Source: Candidatus Zixiibacteriota bacterium (GTDB taxonomy: Bacteria > Zixibacteria > MSB-5A5 > GN15 > FEB-12). Taken from it: DNA of 21,964 nucleotides. A model generated the notes under the pieces. That model ran no database searches and was not told the origin of the DNA. It worked only from the letters and a program-made list of their open reading frames with translations. Shown here piece after piece: positions 18,236 to 21,964 of the stretch. The stretch lies in NCBI GenBank assembly GCA_041742355.1, contig JBGSIV010000136.1:1-21964 (forward strand), in the 5' to 3' direction. Both the position numbers and the translations under genes were made by a program. Within the stretch, counting starts at the first letter, position 1. Each line of letters opens with the position of its first letter.

Positions 18236-19438
18236 CTACTGCTCCACGATCGGCAGGTCCCGCTCCAGTTCTTTTTCTTCCCGATTCCCCAGCGCATAAT
18301 CCGCCTGCATCAGTGTATGGATCTCCCGGGTACCCTCGTAGATTGACGCTCCCTTGGAGTTGCGGTAGAACCGCTCCACCGGGTACTCATCGCTGAACCC
18401 ATACGCCCCGAACACTTGCACCGCATTCGCCGCCGCCGCCTCGGCCTCGCGGCACGCAATCCACTTGGCCATCGAGGTGGCCCGGGTTGACCGTTTTCCC
18501 TGGTTTTTCAGCCAGCCGGCTTTCATCCAGAGGTAGGTGCTGTACTCGTACCCAGCTTCCATATTGGCGATCATCTGCTTAACCAACTGGTGTTCGCCGA
18601 TCGGCTGCTCGAACGTCTTGCGCTCATGCGAATAGCCCACACAGGCGTCGCGACAGGCCTTGATCAGCCCGCATGACCCTGCGGCCACCGTGTAGCGTCC
18701 CTGGTCGAGGCAGAACATGGCAATCTTGAACCCCTGCCCCTCGCCGTAGACGAGATTCTCAGCTGGCACCTGGACATCGGAAAACGCGATGTACCCGGTA
18801 TTCCCCGCCCGCACCCCGAGCTTGCCGTGAATAGTACCAGTCGTCACCCCTTCCCACTGCCGCTCGACTATGAAAGCCGACAGACCGGAGTGATCGCGGC
18901 GTTTCTTCTTCTCAAGGTCGGTCCAGGCGAACACGAGGAACTGGTCGGCGACTCCCGCCAGCGAGATCCACATCTTCTCGCCGTTGAGGATATACTGGTT
19001 CCCCTTCTTGACTGCGGTCGACTGGATCCCTACTGCATCCGATCCCGCCGCCGGCTCGGTCAGACCGAAGGTGGCGATCTTTTCCCCCCGGGCGGCTGGC
19101 ACGAGGTATTTCTTCTTTTGCTCCTCGTTGGCCCAAGTTAACACCGGCAGGGAGAACAACCCGATATGCACCGACAGGATCACCCGCGCCGAAGTGTCGG
19201 CGTACTCCAGTTCTTCGCTGGCCAGCCCGAGCGAGATGTAGTCCATCCCCAGCCCGCCGTAAGCCTCTGGAATGCAGAAGCCGAGCAGGTTGGCCTCTTT
19301 CATGGCCGGAAGTATCGCCGGATTCATCTCCTGCCTGCGGTCGAATTCGGTGATAGTCGGGGCGATCACGCGCTGGGCGACCTCCCGCGCCATATCGCGC
19401 ACGGCCAGCTGGTTGTCGGTGAGACTGAAATCTATCAT
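18236..19438 (-). CDS. Acyl-CoA dehydrogenase (short-chain/butyryl-CoA-like; substrate not assignable)
   Basis: IPEAYGGLG, FGLTEPAAGSD, LNGEKMWIS, KLGVRA, ERKTF, VQVFGAYGFSDEYPVERFYR, IYEGT. AGGAG SD before ATG 19438. Confidence 0.93.
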   Translation of the reverse strand: MIDFSLTDNQLAVRDMAREVAQRVIAPTITEFDRRQEMNPAILPAMKEANLLGFCIPEAYGGLGMDYISLGLASEELEYADTSARVILSVHIGLFSLPVLTWANEEQKKKYLVPAARGEKIATFGLTEPAAGSDAVGIQSTAVKKGNQYILNGEKMWISLAGVADQFLVFAWTDLEKKKRRDHSGLSAFIVERQWEGVTTGTIHGKLGVRAGNTGYIAFSDVQVPAENLVYGEGQGFKIAMFCLDQGRYTVAAGSCGLIKACRDACVGYSHERKTFEQPIGEHQLVKQMIANMEAGYEYSTYLWMKAGWLKNQGKRSTRATSMAKWIACREAEAAAANAVQVFGAYGFSDEYPVERFYRNSKGASIYEGTREIHTLMQADYALGNREEKELERDLPIVEQ

Positions 19439-19486
19439 GGGATCCGGTTCTCCTGTTGGGCCTAGGGTTGTCTTCTTTGTGCCGGT

Positions 19487-19515
19487 TATATACCGCTTCC
19501 GGCGTTCCTTGTCAA
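19487..19515 (-). promoter_or_regulatory. Sigma-70-type promoter for the acyl-CoA dehydrogenase
   Basis: Minus strand reads TTGACA-N17-TATATA. Confidence 0.7.
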
Positions 19516-19606
19516 ACCGGGCCCAGAGGCGTTTTGTGCCGGAAGAACCGGGGGAAACCGGCTTGCGCCATGACGCGTTTTTGGTCAGTTCGCCTCTTTG
19601 TCCCCG

Positions 19607-19635
19607 TTGCTCCCCAACTCCATTTACCATATATT
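19607..19635 (+). promoter_or_regulatory. Sigma-70-type promoter for GNAT-hbd-crt
   Basis: TTGCTC(19607-19612)-N17-TATATT(19630-19635). Confidence 0.55.
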
Positions 19636-19729
19636 GGGAGCTACACGCCCGGCGCGCCTCGCCGGGACAATGCAGGGCGCGCCGGAAAAGCAAGACGCGA
19701 CCCAAATGCCCTATTCGTAAGAGTTTACT

Positions 19730-20206
19730 GTGACCGAGTCAACCCGCGCCCAGGCCGACCTCGTACCCTTCACGGGTGAATTCGCCCAGCGGGTCATGTT
19801 GTGGATCGACTCCGAGGAGACCTATCGTAACCTCTGTGGCGAAATGCCCTACCCGCCGAACGAGGATCTCATCGAAACCTGGCAACGCCCCGATGTTGCC
19901 TCCTTTCTCCTGATCGCCGACCACCGGCCGGTCGCCTACGCCGAGTTGTGGGATGTGGCGATCGAGAAAGGGGTCGAGATTGTCCACCTCGTGGTGGACC
20001 CGGCCCGACGAGGACGAGGGTTCGGCACGCTGATGCTCAACCTGCTGGCCGAACGCGCCGCATCGCGGCGCCATGTCCAGGTAGCGATAGTGAACTTCTT
20101 CCACGGCGACGAAACGGTCCTCGGCTGCTGCCTCAAAGCCGGATTCGAACTGGTCGGAACACAGCCCGTCGGCGACGGCCTGCGGATGGAGCGCCAACTC
20201 AGGTGA
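19730..20206 (+). CDS. GNAT family N-acetyltransferase
   Basis: VAYAELW..EIVHLVVDPARRGRGFGTLM acetyl-CoA binding motif A, KAGF; GTG start. Confidence 0.88.
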   Translation: MTESTRAQADLVPFTGEFAQRVMLWIDSEETYRNLCGEMPYPPNEDLIETWQRPDVASFLLIADHRPVAYAELWDVAIEKGVEIVHLVVDPARRGRGFGTLMLNLLAERAASRRHVQVAIVNFFHGDETVLGCCLKAGFELVGTQPVGDGLRMERQLR

Positions 20207-20245
20207 CGCGACGATGTGCCTATATATGAACACAAGGAGAATGAC

Positions 20246-21100
20246 GTGATCAAGAAAGTCGGTATCATCGGATTCGGCCAGATGGGCTCCGGCATCGGCC
20301 AGGTCGCCGCGGCGACCGGTTACCAGATTACCGCGCTGGAGGTCTCCGACGACCTCTTCAAAAAGGGCCTGGGCTATATCACGAAATCGATCGACAAGGC
20401 GATCGAAAAGGGGAAAGCGGACCAGGCACTGAAAGACAAAGTCCTTGGCAACATCTGCGGCACATCCAAAATGGAAGATCTCGCCGACTGCGACATCATC
20501 TGCGAGGCGGTGGTCGAGAACATGGAAGCCAAGCAGCAGGTGTACAAGAAACTCGATGGTATCTGCAAGCCGGAGACGATTTTCGCCTCCAACACGTCGT
20601 CGTTGTCGATCGGCGACATGGCCTCGGTGACAAAACGGCGCGACCGGTTTGTCGGCCTGCACTTTTTCAACCCGGTGTCGGTGATGAAACTGGTCGAAGT
20701 CGTGCGCACGATCGACACCTCCGATGAGACTTTCACGACCGCGTTCAAGTTCGCCGAGTCCGTCGGCAAGACCTGTGTGACGGCCAAAGACTCCCCGGGG
20801 TTTATCGTCAACGTCCTGCTGGTGCCGTACCTGCTCGACGCTATCCGGCAGTACGAGCGCGGACTGGCGACCAAAGAAGATATCGACAACGGCATGATGC
20901 TCGGCTGCGGCCACCCGATGGGCCCGCTGACCCTGACCGATTTTATCGGCTGCGACACGATTCTCTACATCGCGGATATCATGTTCGAGGAATTCAAGGA
21001 CTCCCACTACGCCGCGCCGCCGCTGTTGCGCCGGATGGTCACCGCCGGGTATCTCGGCAAGAAGACCGGCCGCGGCTTTTACGACTACAGCAAGAAGTAA
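20246..21100 (+). CDS. hbd: 3-hydroxybutyryl-CoA dehydrogenase
   Basis: GFGQMGSGI, EAVVEN, ASNTSSL, GLHFFNPV, PGFIVN, HPMGPL, GKKTGRGFYDY. AAGGAG SD before GTG 20246. Confidence 0.94.
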   Translation: MIKKVGIIGFGQMGSGIGQVAAATGYQITALEVSDDLFKKGLGYITKSIDKAIEKGKADQALKDKVLGNICGTSKMEDLADCDIICEAVVENMEAKQQVYKKLDGICKPETIFASNTSSLSIGDMASVTKRRDRFVGLHFFNPVSVMKLVEVVRTIDTSDETFTTAFKFAESVGKTCVTAKDSPGFIVNVLLVPYLLDAIRQYERGLATKEDIDNGMMLGCGHPMGPLTLTDFIGCDTILYIADIMFEEFKDSHYAAPPLLRRMVTAGYLGKKTGRGFYDYSKK

Positions 21101-21133
21101 CCACTCGAATACGTTCAAGGGCGAGGTTTTGAC

Positions 21134-21919
21134 ATGACCGATTACAAGAACATCCTCGTGAAGAAGGAAGAGGGCTGCCTCTGGGTGACGATCAACCGCG
21201 AGCGGGCGCTCAACGCCCTCAACCGGGACACGGTCAACGAACTGCAGCAGATGTTCAGCTTCTACTGGACCGATGACGAGATCCGGGCGGTGGTGATCTC
21301 CGGTGCGGGCGAAAAGGCCTTTGTGGCCGGCGCCGACATCACCGAGATCGCCGAGCTCGACCTGCGCACCGGCACCGACTACGCCGCGCGCGGCCTGTAC
21401 CTGATGAAGACGATCCAGAATTTCCCCAAGCCGGTGATCGCGATGGTCAACGGGTTCGCGCTCGGCGGCGGGTGTGAGCTGGCGATGGCCTGCGATTTCC
21501 GCATTGCGTCGGATAAGGCCAGGTTCGGCCAGCCGGAGGTCAACCTGGGGATCATCCCCGGCTTCGGCGGTACGCAGCGTCTGTCGCGGCTGGTCGGGCG
21601 CGGGATGGCGATGAAGATGATCCTCACCGGCGAGATGATGAACGCCGAAGAGGCCGAGCGGGTCGGGCTGGTCGAAGAGGTTGTCCCGGCGGCGGAACTT
21701 CTCGACCGTGTGAAGGCGATTGTCGCGCTGATAAAAGAGAAGGCGCCGATGTCGATCACGATCGCCAAGGAGTGCATCAACCGCGGCACCGATGTCCAGT
21801 TGTCGGTCGGGTGCGACTTGGAGAAGGTCAGTTTTGGCCAGACCTGCGGCACGGGTGACAAGAACGAGGGGACGGAGGCGTTTCTGGAGAAGCGCAAGCC
21901 GGCGTTCACGGGGCATTGA
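21134..21919 (+). CDS. crt: Enoyl-CoA hydratase (crotonase)
   Basis: INRERALNALN, AFVAGADI, GFALGGGCELAMACD, GQPEVNLGIIPGFGGTQRL, AFLEKRKP.F; GAGG SD. Confidence 0.94.
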   Translation: MTDYKNILVKKEEGCLWVTINRERALNALNRDTVNELQQMFSFYWTDDEIRAVVISGAGEKAFVAGADITEIAELDLRTGTDYAARGLYLMKTIQNFPKPVIAMVNGFALGGGCELAMACDFRIASDKARFGQPEVNLGIIPGFGGTQRLSRLVGRGMAMKMILTGEMMNAEEAERVGLVEEVVPAAELLDRVKAIVALIKEKAPMSITIAKECINRGTDVQLSVGCDLEKVSFGQTCGTGDKNEGTEAFLEKRKPAFTGH

Positions 21920-21934
21920 GTGCAGAGTCAGTCT

Positions 21935-21964
21935 GTGGCGTCAGGCGGGGTCGCCTGACGCCAC
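21935..21964. repeat. Perfect palindrome, REP-like element or terminator
   Basis: GTGGCGTCAGGCG-gggt-CGCCTGACGCCAC: 13-bp perfect stem that ends exactly at the window end. Confidence 0.65.

Noticed and set aside
19439..19705. 89 aa N-terminal extension of the acyl-CoA dehydrogenase
   Set aside because: The SD and a strong promoter lie inside it, so the true start is ATG 19438.
19739..21916. 725 aa minus-strand ORF
   Set aside because: Antisense shadow spanning GNAT, hbd and crt, which share a frame. It has no recognisable motifs, and stop-free antisense frames are expected with high-GC codon bias.

Overview
GC-rich bacterial chromosomal window made mostly of housekeeping genes, almost all on the + strand. 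In order: a fatty-acid synthesis operon (fabD partial, fabG, acpP, fabF) with rnc; a small, very basic Myb/GcrA-like HTH protein; a lone etfB; a cupin; a large secreted LmbE/PIG-L-like protein that appears to have lost its catalytic residues; a heterodimeric MdlAB/YheIH-type ABC exporter; suhB; a small secreted 8-cysteine peptide followed by a membrane-anchored CPPC redoxin; glmM-glmS; three small accessory genes (2-TM protein, VOC, DUF1801); a divergent acyl-CoA dehydrogenase; and GNAT-hbd-crt. The window ends on a perfect REP-like palindrome. I found no rRNA, tRNA, CRISPR array or transposase. The best candidate for an undescribed system is the peptide + stem-loop + thiol-disulfide oxidoreductase cassette at 12.5-13.5 kb. 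Next are the H1-like basic protein and the LmbE pseudo-enzyme. Family assignments come from motif recognition only; no searches were run.
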